From NCBI GenBank assembly GCA_013239625.1, contig MU053810.1, positions 5,302,071 through 5,366,070 of the forward strand: a stretch of 64,000 bases of DNA, in the 5' to 3' direction. A program made the translations under genes and the position numbers. The notes beneath the pieces were generated by a model that worked only from the letters and a program-made list of their open reading frames with translations, was not told where the DNA came from and ran no database searches. This DNA is from Lama guanicoe (Eukaryota). The number at the start of each line of letters is the position of its first letter. Positions within the stretch are counted from its first letter, which is position 1. Positions 47,863-60,701 of this stretch are shown one piece after another.

Positions 47863-50601
47863 GCAGGGACATAGAACATTTCCATCATCACAGAACGTTC
47901 TATACCTCACTTCTATTACCACCACCACAGCCCTCCCTTTCCTGGTTCCTTGGTTTATTTTGCTCCAGGACCCTTGTCACCGTCTAAGTGCTATATGTCG
48001 TGATCAATTTTGTTTTTGTCAGTCTCTCTCCACTGTCACTTTAGAAAGTAAGTTCCATGGGGGTAGGGATTTCAAAAGACATTAGAATGCCCAAGAACTT
48101 CCAGGACCCTTGGCACTTTTCTGTGTGGAAATCAGTACGGCAGCAAGTCATAGATTTGTCTTTACTGCTTCACACAAATTTCAGCGCAGTCTTTCCTCCT
48201 CCTCCATGCAGGGCCACTTCTCTCCTAGTCTATGGTTTCCACAAGGGCAAGTGGTGAGTTCATTGTTTTTGTTTTGTTGGTTTTTTAAACTCACAAAGAG
48301 AATATGTATTTAAATAAGAAAAGACATCATTGGATTTTTAAAGATCAATTCCTTATCTCTTTCTTTAAAGAAATTTCTGGCTGCAATCTGGCTTCCTCTT
48401 CCCACCTAGAACATTCAGCTGTTCCTAGCAACTGCTGACACTCATTGGAACCCAGAGGGGTGAGGGACCCAGGAGCACTGGCTTCATTAACTTCGGGTTA
48501 AATCGGACTCTGCTGCTCAGCCATCCTGCTCCCTTTACTGAGGACACTCCCATGTTCTCATTCTTGGTCATTAGTGCCTTTTTTATTTGTGAGCATAACA
48601 CACACAGGAAACACACAAATCCTAAGTGTACAGCTCAATGAATGTTCACAAGGTCAACATACCTGCCCAGCCAGCTTTCCCATCAAAAATCCAGATGCTA
48701 CCCAGAAGATCCCAGCTGGATTGGTTGCCCTTTTAGCTCACAGAGGAGGTCAAGGCAAAAGAGCCAACAAATGGGCCACAGCATGATACATTTTCACCTT
48801 AATAACAGGACTGGACCTTTTCAGAAAAGGAGCATCCGCTGAAAAATGTGCCTGATATTCTTTAATTTTCATAATGAACACATCTAATCTCTGTGCATAT
48901 ATCTGATGCGCAGTTCATAGTAGCATTTTAGCTTTTCTCTCTTCCTTAAATATAAACTTAACTTTTTTTTTTTGAGTGGGAGCTAATTTTGAATATGTGT
49001 AGCCAGTTTGTCTTTTGATACTGTAAGTGGATGGCCCCCAGGAGGAGAAGAGCAGCAAGGCGCCATCTGAACTTACTCTAAGATAACGATGCTCTCAAAA
49101 TCTTGTCACCCTTTCTTCTCAAACAGCCTTTGTCTGGAATCCGGGCTCTCCCTTCAGGAAACAAAGCAGACAATAATCTATGCCCCAGAAGTGCTGAGAA
49201 AGCCCCAAGCTCAAAATATCCCTTCTGAGTTTGCTAGTTGCTCTGCCAGTTTCTCAAGCCTGACCTTTGTTCCTGGTGGCAAAGGCAAGTACCTCTAGAA
49301 AAGGTATCATTCGAGGCATGAGACTTTAAAAGTTCAACAACCTTCACATCCCTTCCTGGTCTAATGCTTTTGGGGGGTGGGGTAGAGAGAATAAAACTCA
49401 GAGGGAGAAAAGGAGTAATCAGGGAAAGTGACCTTTGTGAGCAAGGGTCCGATTTCATGGTGAAGAGATCAGGCATGGGTGGCAGACAAGGCTTCAAACC
49501 CTAGCCCTTCCCCTTTATAACTCATGTGAGCTACGGGTTACTGCATTCAACTTCCCTAAGCATTGGGTTCATTATCTACACCATAGAAGAATGACTGTAC
49601 TAGTATAAGGAGACTCCATCAAATGGGAATAATCCTAGTCATAGTGTGGTGAGGATCAAATGAAATAATACATTTGTGGTAGGCAGAAAAATATCCCCCC
49701 AAAGATCCCCACATCCTAATCCCAGAAATGTGTGAATGCGTCACTTTGTGTGACAAAAGGGAACTTGTGATTTATTAGGGTTAAGGACCTTGAGATGGGG
49801 AGAGGCAAAGGGGAATCAAGATGGCAGATGGCATTGAGGTTGCCAATCAGGTGACCTCAAATAAAGATTATCCTGGATTATCTGTGTAGGTTCAATATAA
49901 CCAGAAGGGTCCTTAAAAGTTGAAGAGGAAGGCAGAAGAAAAGGTCAGAGTGATGTGAGGTGTTGGGAAAACTTGACCTACCACTCCTCTCTTTTAAATG
50001 AAGGAAGGGGCAATGAGTCAAGGAAAACTGGCCACCTGGAGAAGCTGGAAAAGGCAGGGAAATGGGTTCACCCCTAGAACTTCCAGAAAGGGGACACAGC
50101 CCTGCTGGCAGGGACATAGAACATTTCCATCATCACAGAACGTTCTATTGGTCATTGCTGACCTAGAACACAGTAAATGGTCTATAAATAATGACGGGAG
50201 AGAGGAAGGGAAGGAAGAGAAATAAAATTCCAAAGGATGCCAGGAGAAATTGTCCAAGACTTGGAAATGGGGCAAAATGATTACTGAGTGTCCTTTCAAC
50301 AAAGGGCTGGAACCCCCTTTGGAGATTATCTAAACCCATAGAGCTGTGCACTCCTGATTGTCATTTTATCAGCCAGGTAATTTTACATCTCTATAAGGGA
50401 AGAAGTTAACTTGCAGAAAACTGATCGCAAATGCAAATGATTCTTGCCCACAACAATGCAAATAAATTTTGTTCCACTAGAGAAGCAATTCATTTCTGTA
50501 ATAAAGATATCAAAGATAACCTCAAACATTACATTTAATTGCCCTGTAGGATATTAAGCCATTTTTGCATCTGTTAACAAATTTTAGCATGTTTAACTGA
50601 C

Positions 50602-50602
<1 letters not shown>

Positions 50603-50634
<32 letters not shown>

Positions 50635-50645
50635 CCTATCTATCC
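50603..50645 (+). repeat. (TCTA)n tetranucleotide microsatellite
   Basis: Read directly from sequence. Confidence 0.95.
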
Positions 50646-50799
50646 ATTCTTCAAACTGGCTTTTGAACTAGCCAATGTCTTACTGGTTCCTTCGCTAATC
50701 ACTGAGTTGGTTAAAATCTTGGACACGTGCTGATTTTTGATTTATGCATGAGCTGTATGTTACATGTTTGACATTTTAAAAACTATGCTTTAAACATTA

Positions 50800-50869
50800 T
50801 TATGTACACCAGAAACTGATACATTATAATTGATCATACTTCAATTTAAAAAATAAAAAATTTAAAAAA
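50800..50869 (+). mobile_element. Very short L1 3' terminus
   Basis: tgtacaccagaaactgatacattataattgat...cttcaatttaaaaaataaaaaa; possible aaaaactat TSD. Confidence 0.75.
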
Positions 50870-51340
50870 CTATCCTGGAGGAATTTTGGAGGCTGCAGTA
50901 CCCATCACGTGGACTTCCCTGAAGCCTGGTAAAATGCACTGCTTGACAAGTGAACTTCAGAGGCTACAGAAGGCCAGGCTTGTCTTCTCTTGGCTCCCAG
51001 AGTGAATAACAAAAAGGCAGCAGAACTTTAAGTTTGCTGACTCTCTGTTGCCACAAGTTCTTTTATCCTCCCCACTGTTCTTGTTTTTTTGAGTGTGTAT
51101 ATGTTTGGTTTGGGTCCTAGTTCATGCAAGGCCACGAAGTCATTTCCACTCGGCTGCAGCGGTGATTAGAGGATATGGTTTTATGGTCTTTCTGGTGATT
51201 CTAACCAGATGGATGATGGGGAGAAATGGGAGTCATGGTTTTAGCTTTTTGAAAATTACACTCAGGCAGGGCAAGGAGAGCGATGAATAGGAGGCTCCTT
51301 TGCAAGAGGTCCTTGTTGAGATGCTGGTACCTGTACACCT

Positions 51341-51787
51341 TGATAAAGAAAATCAGAATCTGACAATAAAGTGGTAAAAACGGATTTTATTTGGGGGCTC
51401 TTGCAGTGGAGTGAGAGACCTCCGCATAGAAATGGGACAGTTCTGAAGACACCAAGGATGAGTGGTGGCTTATAGCCAAGGAGCAGGGTTGGGGGCTGTG
51501 GAAGGAACATGACTAAGAGGAGATATCAGAAACAAAGGGATTCTGGCTAAACTGGCCTGACTTTCTTGCTGAAGGCAGGCCAGGGTCAGACCTGGGGAAT
51601 GGTGGGGACTGAGGAATTTGATCAGGTACAAAGTGATCAGATATTGATGGTAGGAGAATTCTCTTATCTGGCCTAGCAGGATTTTTGGTCAAACTGGCCA
51701 ATACTGAGATAGACACAGAAGTCCAAAGGTTGAGGTCTGGTTCAGAGCAGCCTGACCAAAGTTTGGTCAAGGAGGAGAGTCTTGTTA
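51341..51787 (-). mobile_element. ERV1-type solo LTR with 4-bp TSD
   Basis: tgataaag...cttgtta termini; ACCT at 51337-51340 and 51788-51791; minus-strand AATAAA near 51386. Confidence 0.75.
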
Positions 51788-52198
51788 ACCTGAGCAAAGA
51801 TGAGAGTTTCGGATAGCCTTTGGAAAGAAGAAATTTGCTTTGTCATATCCGTAATCAAAGATTCTCTACAACAGTGAAAATTGACAGAATAAGAGATAAA
51901 AGTAACGTAAGGATGAAAATGTGCTTACAGTTCCTAAGTGGAAAAAAAAAAAGGAGTCATTAATAATGGTAAGGGCTTAAAAGTGAAAGCCTTTCGAACT
52001 TATTTTTGAGTTTGAGACATTAACAGGAAGGAAAAGTCTTTTAAAAAGACCCCAGTGTGGTCAAGGTAGAAGTTCATTGCTTTCATATTGTACTTTGAAA
52101 CATTAACAGAGGAGAGAAAGGATAAGAAATAAAGTGAATACAGCCAGGACAAAGACTTCTTTGATAGATACAAAGAGAAATATGAATAAACGTAATAA

Positions 52199-52714
52199 CG
52201 TCAGGAAAAGCTTTACCACTACCCTCTTACAGTGAGTTGCTGGAGGCCTGCAAATTAACTCACAAAAGACAGATTAGCAGGACAGAAGACACAGAATTGT
52301 TATGAATATTTATATGTACAAGAGTTTATAGAAGAGAAGTGAAATTCAAAGAAGTGGTTAGACTCAGGGGCTTACATACCCTTTTACCAAAAGGGGAACT
52401 GGGGTTGAACAGGTGATAAATCATGGGGAAGTAATTGGAAGTATCTGGGAGAATGAATGGAAGACAAGGTGATTTTAGGGGGATGTTGACTCCTCCATCT
52501 CCAGTGATATGAGTGACTCTTTTCTTCCTGTTATAGACTAAGGTAGGGAGAGAGAGGGGGACACCTTCACAAGGGGAAATTAATGCCCTCCTTTTAGGCA
52601 GAGATGGGAGGGTCAAGGAATTCTTGCATCCAGTGATTCTGAATTGTCTTCAGCTCAAAATAATCTTTATGCCCAAGTGGCATATTTGGGGAGGGCATGT
52701 TCTGATTCCCTGCA
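52199..52714 (-). mobile_element. ERV1 (MER4-group-like) solo LTR
   Basis: aattaactcacaaaagacagattagcagga...caaaataatctttatgcccaagtggcatatttgggga...tgattccctgca. Confidence 0.7.
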
Positions 52715-52738
52715 ATAGCTTTCTAAAAGTGCTTTAGG

Positions 52739-52928
52739 ATTTGTTTTGTTTTTAATAATATTTGTCTATTTATTTACTATTGTATCTATTTTATTTTATT
52801 TTATTTTATCTTATTTTGGTGGGGGGAGGTAATTAGGTTTATTTCTTTTTAGAGGAGATATTGGGGATAGAACCCAGGACCTCAAGCATGCTAAACATGC
52901 ACTTTACCACTTGAGCTGTATCTTCTCC
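52739..52928 (-). mobile_element. tRNA-derived SINE (camelid vic-1-like) with TSD
   Basis: ggggatagaacccaggacctcaagcatgctaaacatgcactttaccacttgagct with (TTTTA)n tail; TSD ctaaaagtg[ct/ta]ttagg at 52723-52738 and 52929-52944. Confidence 0.9.
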
Positions 52929-52984
52929 CTAAAAGTGTATTAGGTTTCGATATGTTAAGATTAGCAAAAATTGAAAAAAGTTCT

Positions 52985-53170
52985 TATTCACTCATTTATT
53001 CATTCATTTGACGCATTTTTATTGAGGGCTCCTGGCATGCTGGGCACGTGTCCAGAAGCTAAAAATAGAGGCATGAGGCATGTTTTCTGTCCCTGAAGCC
53101 TTTCAAGCAAGTGGAAGACAGATATGGAAGAAAATTCACTGAAATACAAGGCCACAGGGGCTACAATTTA
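52985..53170 (-). mobile_element. L2 3' terminus
   Basis: attcactcatttattcattcattt...tttattgagggctcc. Confidence 0.7.
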
Positions 53171-54905
53171 AGTACATGGTACAAAAGGAATCCAATAGGA
53201 TAAATTATCTATCTTGTGTGAGCAAAACATATACTGAAAACTATGAATGTCACAATTATTTTCCATGGTTTCTGACAAGCTCTGAGCACAATCTGAAATC
53301 GGAGTCACTCTATGACTCAGTAATGACTACCTTCAAACAGCAGGCTTAGCTGGCCAACGAGAATTCAGTATGTTCAATAAACAATTCATTTGGGGATGTT
53401 ACTTTGGTTGAGAATGCCTGTCTTTGGAAGTTTTACCAGTTGCTTATTTTCTTCCAAAGGGAAGTAAACCAACAAAATAAAAGTGATGATACACACATTT
53501 GGTAATATCTCACTGTAAAAAAAAAAAATGGGGGGATTTGGGAGATTGAGTGGAATTTCCAAAGTCTCCTTCAACTGTCTTTCACACTGATGGTTATGTA
53601 TTCCAGACACCTGTGTCTGACTGACTTCTTAATCCAAGGAGCCTTTTGATGAAATATTTTGGACTGAATTTTATGTAGTGGCATCTGCTCCTTGTGTGAA
53701 AACACGTTAGCCAGATTTGTTTAGTTGTTTCTATGCCTCTGGTTAATATTTTTCTTAGAAGTTATCCAATAGCTTGCAGGCAAATTCTCGCAAGAACTCA
53801 GACTTACGTAATAGATTTTTCACAACTCACTAAACATATCTAAAATCTACTCTTGTTTTCCTAACAGCTTGTTAGCTTTCTACATACATATTATAAATCA
53901 ATCTCAAACCTATTACAAATAACCTTTGCTTTTCTTAAGCTATCAATCACAGGCAGGCTCCCTTTGAATTAAATTGGTTGCCCTGAGCAACAATGAAGGA
54001 CTCTCTATTTCGAGGAAATCAACACGGCTCTTTGAAGTAAACAGGGGTAATTTTCCATTCTTTTTTAGAATACTTCATGCCAGTAGAAAACTCAAAGCTC
54101 ACTGTGACAATAAGATAAATGAGTTAATCTTCAGTAACAGTTTAGTTCAACTGCCACTAATGCAGGAGAAAGATTCTTTGGTATGAAAATTCTTTGTGTC
54201 TTTGCACAGACTGGAGTGCATGTGGGAAACCAGGCTGGCTGTGCAGGTGGTCCTGTTAGGTGGTGACAGCTGGAAATGGCCATGTCTTCCAAAAGCCACA
54301 CTGTTTGCTCCTGTGTGCAGAGAACATAGCAATTATTTGAAATTACTTTCCAGAACCTAATCTCTGGCTTCATCTTTTTTTTCTCTCTGAAAGGCTAAGT
54401 TCACTTTCACTCAGACCAATTTACAAAAGGTAAATTTCCAGAATTAATTTTTGTCTTCTACCATTTTTTTTTCTGGATCTTTCCATCAGGCTGCTACGTG
54501 AGTTTCTTTTGAGCATCTTGTCCACTCTCCCACCCCCCTGCCATTTTACAGACCAGGCTACAGATGCCCGAGTGGTAACAGCCCCCAATTTCCACAGTTA
54601 GCAGAGTTGAGAAGAGGGCCTGATTACAGATCCCACTTGACGTGGTACAAAAATATTTCTTCTAGAGAGTTTTGTTGAATCAGTTATGCAAAGAACCTTG
54701 TCACCACGTGACATGGTCCTGATTAGGATCCTTGAAGCCTAAATGTGTGTGTGTTACGTGGCCGACACTGAGAAACACTGTTTACTTCTTCTCTCTCCGT
54801 TTTCTACTTCTAATGAGCCAAGAGGAGCCATTAAGCCTTCCTTCCCTCTTTCCCTCAAGAGTTCTCCCTTTCTTTCCTTGTCTTTCCTTCCCTTCAAGCC
54901 TTTTA

Positions 54906-54999
54906 TTGGTTGTTTTGTTTTAATGGAGGTACTGGGGATTGAACCCAGGACCTTGTGCATGCTAGGCATGCTCTCTACCCCTGAGCTATCCCCTCCCCA
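54906..54999 (-). mobile_element. tRNA-derived SINE (camelid vic-1-like)
   Basis: atggaggtactggggattgaacccaggaccttgtgcatgctaggcatgctctctacccctgagctatcccctcccc; degenerate TSD at 54891-54905 and 55000-55014. Confidence 0.9.
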
Positions 55000-56999
55000 C
55001 CTTCTGGTCTTTTACCCCTTTCCTCTTCTGCCTCACCCACTTCAATGGCTCCTGAAAAGTAGCTCTCTCCAGTCTCCCCCTCACCCAGCCGGTTCATCCT
55101 ATGTAGAACCAGAAAGAAATGGTCAAGTCACATTGACTCTCAGCCTCAAAAATGATAAACAACTCCCCGTCCCTAAAACTGGGGCCCACAGATCTGAAGG
55201 GGTTTTGTGACACCTTCTCAACGTTCTATTAACCTCTCTATAAACATTTAAACAAAATTCGTGTCTTCATTTTGATGATAGGATGCACAATTAAAATCAG
55301 AATTGAATCATCCAAGGGCTTATAGCCTCGTGTTGACTGCGGTTTTCAGCGTCCACGTTGGTTTCCGTGTACTCGGCCCCTGCAGAACCATTTTAAAAAA
55401 TTAATGTGGTTTTTCTTAAACTTGTGGTTAGAGTTCTAAGGGACCTTAGACTGAGTGAAACAGTGGAGCAAAATTTTTTAGCGAGGCCGGGTAGGCACAA
55501 AGTGGCGATTTTTCAAACTGGAGTCACATTTTACAGATTATTTGAGGACTGAATATAATCACGCCCGGGGAAGATGACTCTTTTCGAATTGCCTCCATTG
55601 TGAAAAGCCTCAGTCTGATGGGTGTTAATTGTATTTGCACTGAGAAATACTCTCTGGGTCTATTGGCTTTATCCCATTCCTTGATTTGTTTGTTTTCTGA
55701 AGGTTCCAGAAGGCTGTGCGTTGGTCCAGAGCCTTGGGATGGATGCTTGGGGCTGCAGAGCTTTATTCAGTGTTCTCCCACCACCCTCAGTCCTTCCTCC
55801 CACTCTTGTTAACTGCTCTCAGTCTGGTAACTAAGTTTTTTGAATTAGAAGGTACACTTTTCAGCGGAACTCTCACCCTCCCCCGTTTTTTGGCTCCTCC
55901 TGGCTGTGCTTTCACTCCAGATCACTGTGTTTCTTCCTTCATTTCCTTCTGGTTTTAAGATAATCTGATGTTTTCATCATCTCTTCCCAGGAGTATTTCC
56001 AACTTCGGCTCGAAGTAGAGGCTGGAGACAGGAAGCACGTCCTGGTTTTTTTGGAAGCATTATTGACAAAAGGATAAGTTTATCCTTTATCTGGAATATC
56101 CTTCTCAGACATTAGTTCTCATAGTCTTCTCTCTCTACTTTGCCTGCCTCCCAATTCCTCCTCAATGGTCTCCCTTTCTGTCTCTCTCTCTCTTTCACGC
56201 GTGCACACTCTCCAGAGAAGTGGACTCCTGATTTCCATCCTACAAAACAACTCAAGAAAACACGAGCAATGATGAAACCTGCAAATGGTGTCAAGGACTC
56301 TGCTGTTGAATTTCACGCCCTGTGTGTGTGGCCCTCAGAGGAAACCCAACCCCACCATTCAGGCCAAAGAGGGCACTGCTTGGCACCTCTCTGTGAATCA
56401 GCTTCATTTCTCTCAAAAAACTAACACCTTTTGTGTTTTTCACCCCAGGACTTCAGCCTTGGGAGGAAGACTAACCACACACATTCTGGGTCACATGCAA
56501 AATGCGGGAGGGTGCACATTGGCTTCACCTGGGCCACGTGCCCACCCTGGAACTAATCAACCAGGGAAGGAGGCATGTTGTCTCAGCATGGTAGCTCCCA
56601 TGCGGACCCAGGAGCGGACAGGCAGTGGGTAGGAAGGAACAAGGGGCTACCAAGTAATTAGTCTTAGGTCTCCATTTCGTAATTCCCTGTACGTGAAAAT
56701 CTCAACGATCTTAAGTGGTCAATACCACTGTTCCTACTTTATACAAATAAGGAAATGTTCTTGGAGAAGTTAAGTCACACAGATGATAAGTGGTTGTTCA
56801 GATCGACTTCTGAATCAAAATTTACCCCATTTCCACTATGACAGGACACACAACAATGTTTGATTGGAGATGAACATTGAGTCTCTTTAGTAAAATAAAG
56901 AAATTCTTAAGCAATTGTTATCCAGTATTATTCACTGAACATCACTAGAAGTCACCATTGACTTAATTGTTGGTTATTTTTATACTAAGTCCAAATAAT

Positions 57000-57720
57000 C
57001 TTAGAGCTACAAAGACCCAATCCTGCCAGAATCTCAGCTGCGTTTGATACCCACACAAGCAAACTTACACCGTACGGCCTGAGCTCCCAGGTCTTGTACC
57101 ACCCAAATTCCAGTAGCCACCTCCTTCTCTCCACGTTCCACTCTTGTCACCACAGCAGATAACATGTCACTCCACCCACCTCCTTTATAAATCCTTACAT
57201 CCCAACCCTGTGTTCTCTGACTGCAACTGGTCCTCATCCCACTCCACCTGCTGTGGCCTCACTGAGGTATCTAATGCCCAAACCTCCCCCACACCAACTT
57301 CCACTTCTGCCTTCATCCCCTCAGGTCCTCCCTTACCTCCCTATACACATAGAAAGAGATCCTTCTTCATGTCAAACATTCTTTACCAATTTCCTCCAGC
57401 CCCTGCTTCCATGGTCTTCAGATCATGCTTGGCAGCAATTCACCCAACTCTGAACCACCTGAATTGTGTGTTTTCCACTCATTCCTACCATCAGGAAAAG
57501 TCGCAGAAAGTACAGGTTGGCACAACTAAGCATTAATCCCTGGGCTCTTATTGCCCCATTCTCCCCAGTGCCTATTTCAAGACTTCACTGTTCTTCTCAC
57601 TCTTTCTACCCCATCACACCCTCCTCCACTCAGCAAGTGACCTTATCTTGTTCTGGGGGAAAACTGGAGTTTTTTTTATGACAACGACCCCACTTTCCAA
57701 CCTGAAAACCTATGACCTTC
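57000..57720 (+). mobile_element. Probable L2 internal remnant
   Basis: Pyrimidine-rich degenerate sequence resembling the L2 ORF2 region. Confidence 0.45.
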
Positions 57721-57767
57721 AGGTATTTTTATTAAATCTCTTATCACAAGGAAATGTCCATTTCTCC

Positions 57768-58567
57768 CTGGTGTACGGTAATATTTCAGTTATACATATA
57801 TATGTATTTCTTTTCATATTCTTTTTCATTTTATTTCATTTCATTCAGTATTACAAGATATTGAATATAGTTCCCTGTGCTGTAGGACCTTGTTGTTTAA
57901 CCACTCTTCATGTCGTAGTTAGCATCTGCAAATCCTGAACTTCTCATTTTTCTCCCAGTGCTCCCCCTTCCCATACTGGTAACCATAAGTTTGTTTTCTA
58001 TGTCTGTGAGTCTGTTTCTGTTTTGTAAATAAGTTCATTTGTGTCTTTTTTCTTAAAGATGTCACACATAAGTGATATCATATAGTATTTTTCTTCCTCT
58101 TTCTGGCTTTACTTAGAATGACAATCTCCAGGTCCATCTATATTGCTGCAACTGACATTATTTTATTCTTTTCACGGCTGAATAGTATCCCATTGTATAA
58201 ATAAACTTCAACTTCTTTATCCAGTCATCTGTCAATGGACATTTAGGTTGTTTCCATGTCTTGGCTATTGTAAATAGTCCTGCTATGAATGGGGTGCATG
58301 TGTACTTTCAAATTAGAGTTTCCTCTGGATATAAGCCCAGGAGTGGGATTGCTGGATCGTAGGGTAAGTCTGTTTTTAGTTTTTTGAGGAATCTCCATAC
58401 TGTTTTCCCTAATGGCTGCACCAAACTACATTCCCACCAATAGTATAGGAGGGTTCCCTTTTCTCCACACCCTCTCCAGCATTTATCATTTGTGAACTTT
58501 TTTAATGATAGCCATTCTTGACTGATGTGACGTGATACCTCACTGTAATTTTTGATTTGTATTTCTG
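57768..58567 (-). mobile_element. Young-type L1 3'UTR/ORF2 fragment
   Basis: ORF 58308-58589 KCWRGCGEKGTLLYYWWECSLVQPLGKTVWRFLKKLKTDLPYDPAIPLLG. Confidence 0.92.
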
Positions 58568-58759
58568 GGCAGATCAACTTCTGAATCAAAATTTACCCTA
58601 TGAGAGGATAAAAAGCCATGTTGGGTTGGAGGGGAACATTGAGTTGCCTCAGTAAAAACCAACTTGCCTGGAAAGCTCATTCCCCAGGGAGCCACGTGGC
58701 ACATGTCCCTCATTTCACTTTGCTCAAAAGTTACTTTTTCAGTGACCTTTAGGAAGCTC

Positions 58760-59264
58760 TGTATCAGTCACTGAAACTTAAAGAATTTCTCTGCTTGTAG
58801 AGAACAGTCAGGAGGACGTCTTCCTGGGGCCTTAAGGTGGAAAATGGCGGCTACCAGGGACCTAGGAAGATGTCAAGGCAGGTGGATTTGCCCTGAAATG
58901 GCTCCACCTCCCCCTTCAGTCTCCTGAGGCTTCTCTCTCCATTGGAAACGTGATTCTTTCACACTGGTCAAAGCCTCAGGTGTCGGCACCCATCCAGACG
59001 TTCTATATCAAACCTGTCTGCCATCTTATTCTCTTGCATAAAACCACCCTGCAGTCATAACCTCCTTTTCCTCAGAGCCACTGAATCCACTGAGCATCTG
59101 TGGACATCTGTGGACACTAGATGTAATAAGTCTGCTGTGTTTCTTGTCCCCATAGATCGTTTGCAGCTTAAAAGATGAGCTGATTTATCCAAACAAACCT
59201 TGAAGTGGTGGAGGATACAGGGACACTATTTCTGACTAGGGAGAACCTGGTGAGGACCCTGGCA
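58760..59264 (+). mobile_element. ERVL-type solo LTR (MER74/MER54-like)
   Basis: tgtatc...gtgaggaccctggca termini; TATA-like gcataaaa near 59036; YY1 motif aaaatggcggc near 58840. Confidence 0.55.
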
Positions 59265-60569
59265 TCCTTGGGACACAAGATGACACAATGACAAACCAGC
59301 AGCAGGAAGAAGCAGCCTTACTTTTTGGAGCTGGTCAAACCCCGATGTATGAGGAAGGGTCTTTTTAAAGGGCCATAAAAGGCAAGTCATGGATATACTA
59401 AGATTTTAAGAGCAATATGTCTCAAATAATATTATTCAGCTTTGCATCTCATTTTTATATTTTTGTCAAGTGTCAGTTCCTGCAAAGCAAGTACGGTGAG
59501 TAGGGGCCCTCACCCTGCATGGTTTTTGGCTGAGGCTGTTAATTAGTTTCAAAGTGTAGCATTTGATGATTCTGGCCTGAAGGCTGTGTTCTGTTCTGAA
59601 AGGAAATGTTTAACCATGGAGCAGGATAACTTATCACAGGCACTGAATTTCATGTGGAAAGCCAGCTGTGACTTTCTCTGGAACTTTTTGTAACTCTTAA
59701 GGAAGGTAAAGTGGCACAATTGGAACCTGAACTCTGATTCGTGGGCCAAAGGTGTTTTTAGAAAAAAAAAAAAAAAGACCTCCAATTGACTTGGAAAGAG
59801 GGCTTGGAGTGTGGGGGCAAGCCCTGAACATGGAGCTAGGGTTCCCAGAGCACTTCAAACTCACACACAGCCCAACCTCATCCTTGAGCTGTCATGGCTT
59901 GGCCAGTGGCCAGGAAAGATATGTGGAACTCCTGGGAAGTGTGCCCAGCACAAGAGTTCAAAGCTCCCTTTTGGAGCAGATTGCAAGGACCAATAGATAA
60001 AAAGCCCTCATCATGGCGTAAAAGACAGGCTGCTTTGTTTAGTGTCCTGATCTCCAAATATTTCAGAACGTGCTGGTCTCCTATACCTCTGACCCATGTC
60101 TCGTGCCTTTCTTTAATCATCAGCTTTACCATGGGCTGTATTTTGGGGGTGGGCTTAACAAAATAGAATAGCTTTAGAAATTACAGAGTCATTAAAACAA
60201 GGGGCTAATGTAGAAAGGACCAGTTGTAAATAAACTCCCATAATGTCATTTTCCCCAGATGATACGATTCTGCCTTGGTGCATATGTAGATTTCAGATTG
60301 GATGACTGGTTTTGATATGTGTGAAGTTGGGCAGACTAAAAGTTCTTCATTCAAATTTAACTTAATATCTTAAAAGAGTCCCCTGACTTGTCCTTTAACC
60401 TTCCTTTGAAGGTGAGCAAAATACAGTCATGATCTATTATCACTCAGTGTTTGGTTTTAAAATTTTATGAGCAATATTGAGGTGATAGGTGAGGGCATCA
60501 GAGCTACTCTTTGTGTATCATTGAGGAGTAAGAAATATAACAAGACCATTAAAAGCTTTGTCCTGTTTA

Positions 60570-60701
60570 CACAATAGGTGTTGTGTAAACTCCTTGAAGG
60601 AAATGACTGTGTTTTAGTAAATGATTTCCACAGAGCCTGGTAAGTGCTCAGTGTTTGTTGAATGAATGATCCTGGCCTGAAGGCTGTGTGAATGAATGAA
60701 C
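60570..60701 (+). mobile_element. L2 3' terminus with (TGAA)n tail
   Basis: tgtaaactccttgaagg...cacagagcctgg..gtgctcagtgtttgttgaatgaatga. Confidence 0.75.

Larger units (their letters stand above)
45660..50148 (+). repeat. Direct tandem duplication of a 2244/2245-bp unit (45660-47903; 47904-50148), ~99.4% identical
   Basis: Near-identical sequence and duplicated ORF track at offset 2244-2245; junction cgttctat|acctcac at 47903/47904. Confidence 0.98.

Noticed and set aside
58840..58851. Perfect YY1 motif AAAATGGCGGC as a gene promoter
   Set aside because: It lies inside a probable ERVL LTR, with no CpG island or downstream exon evidence.
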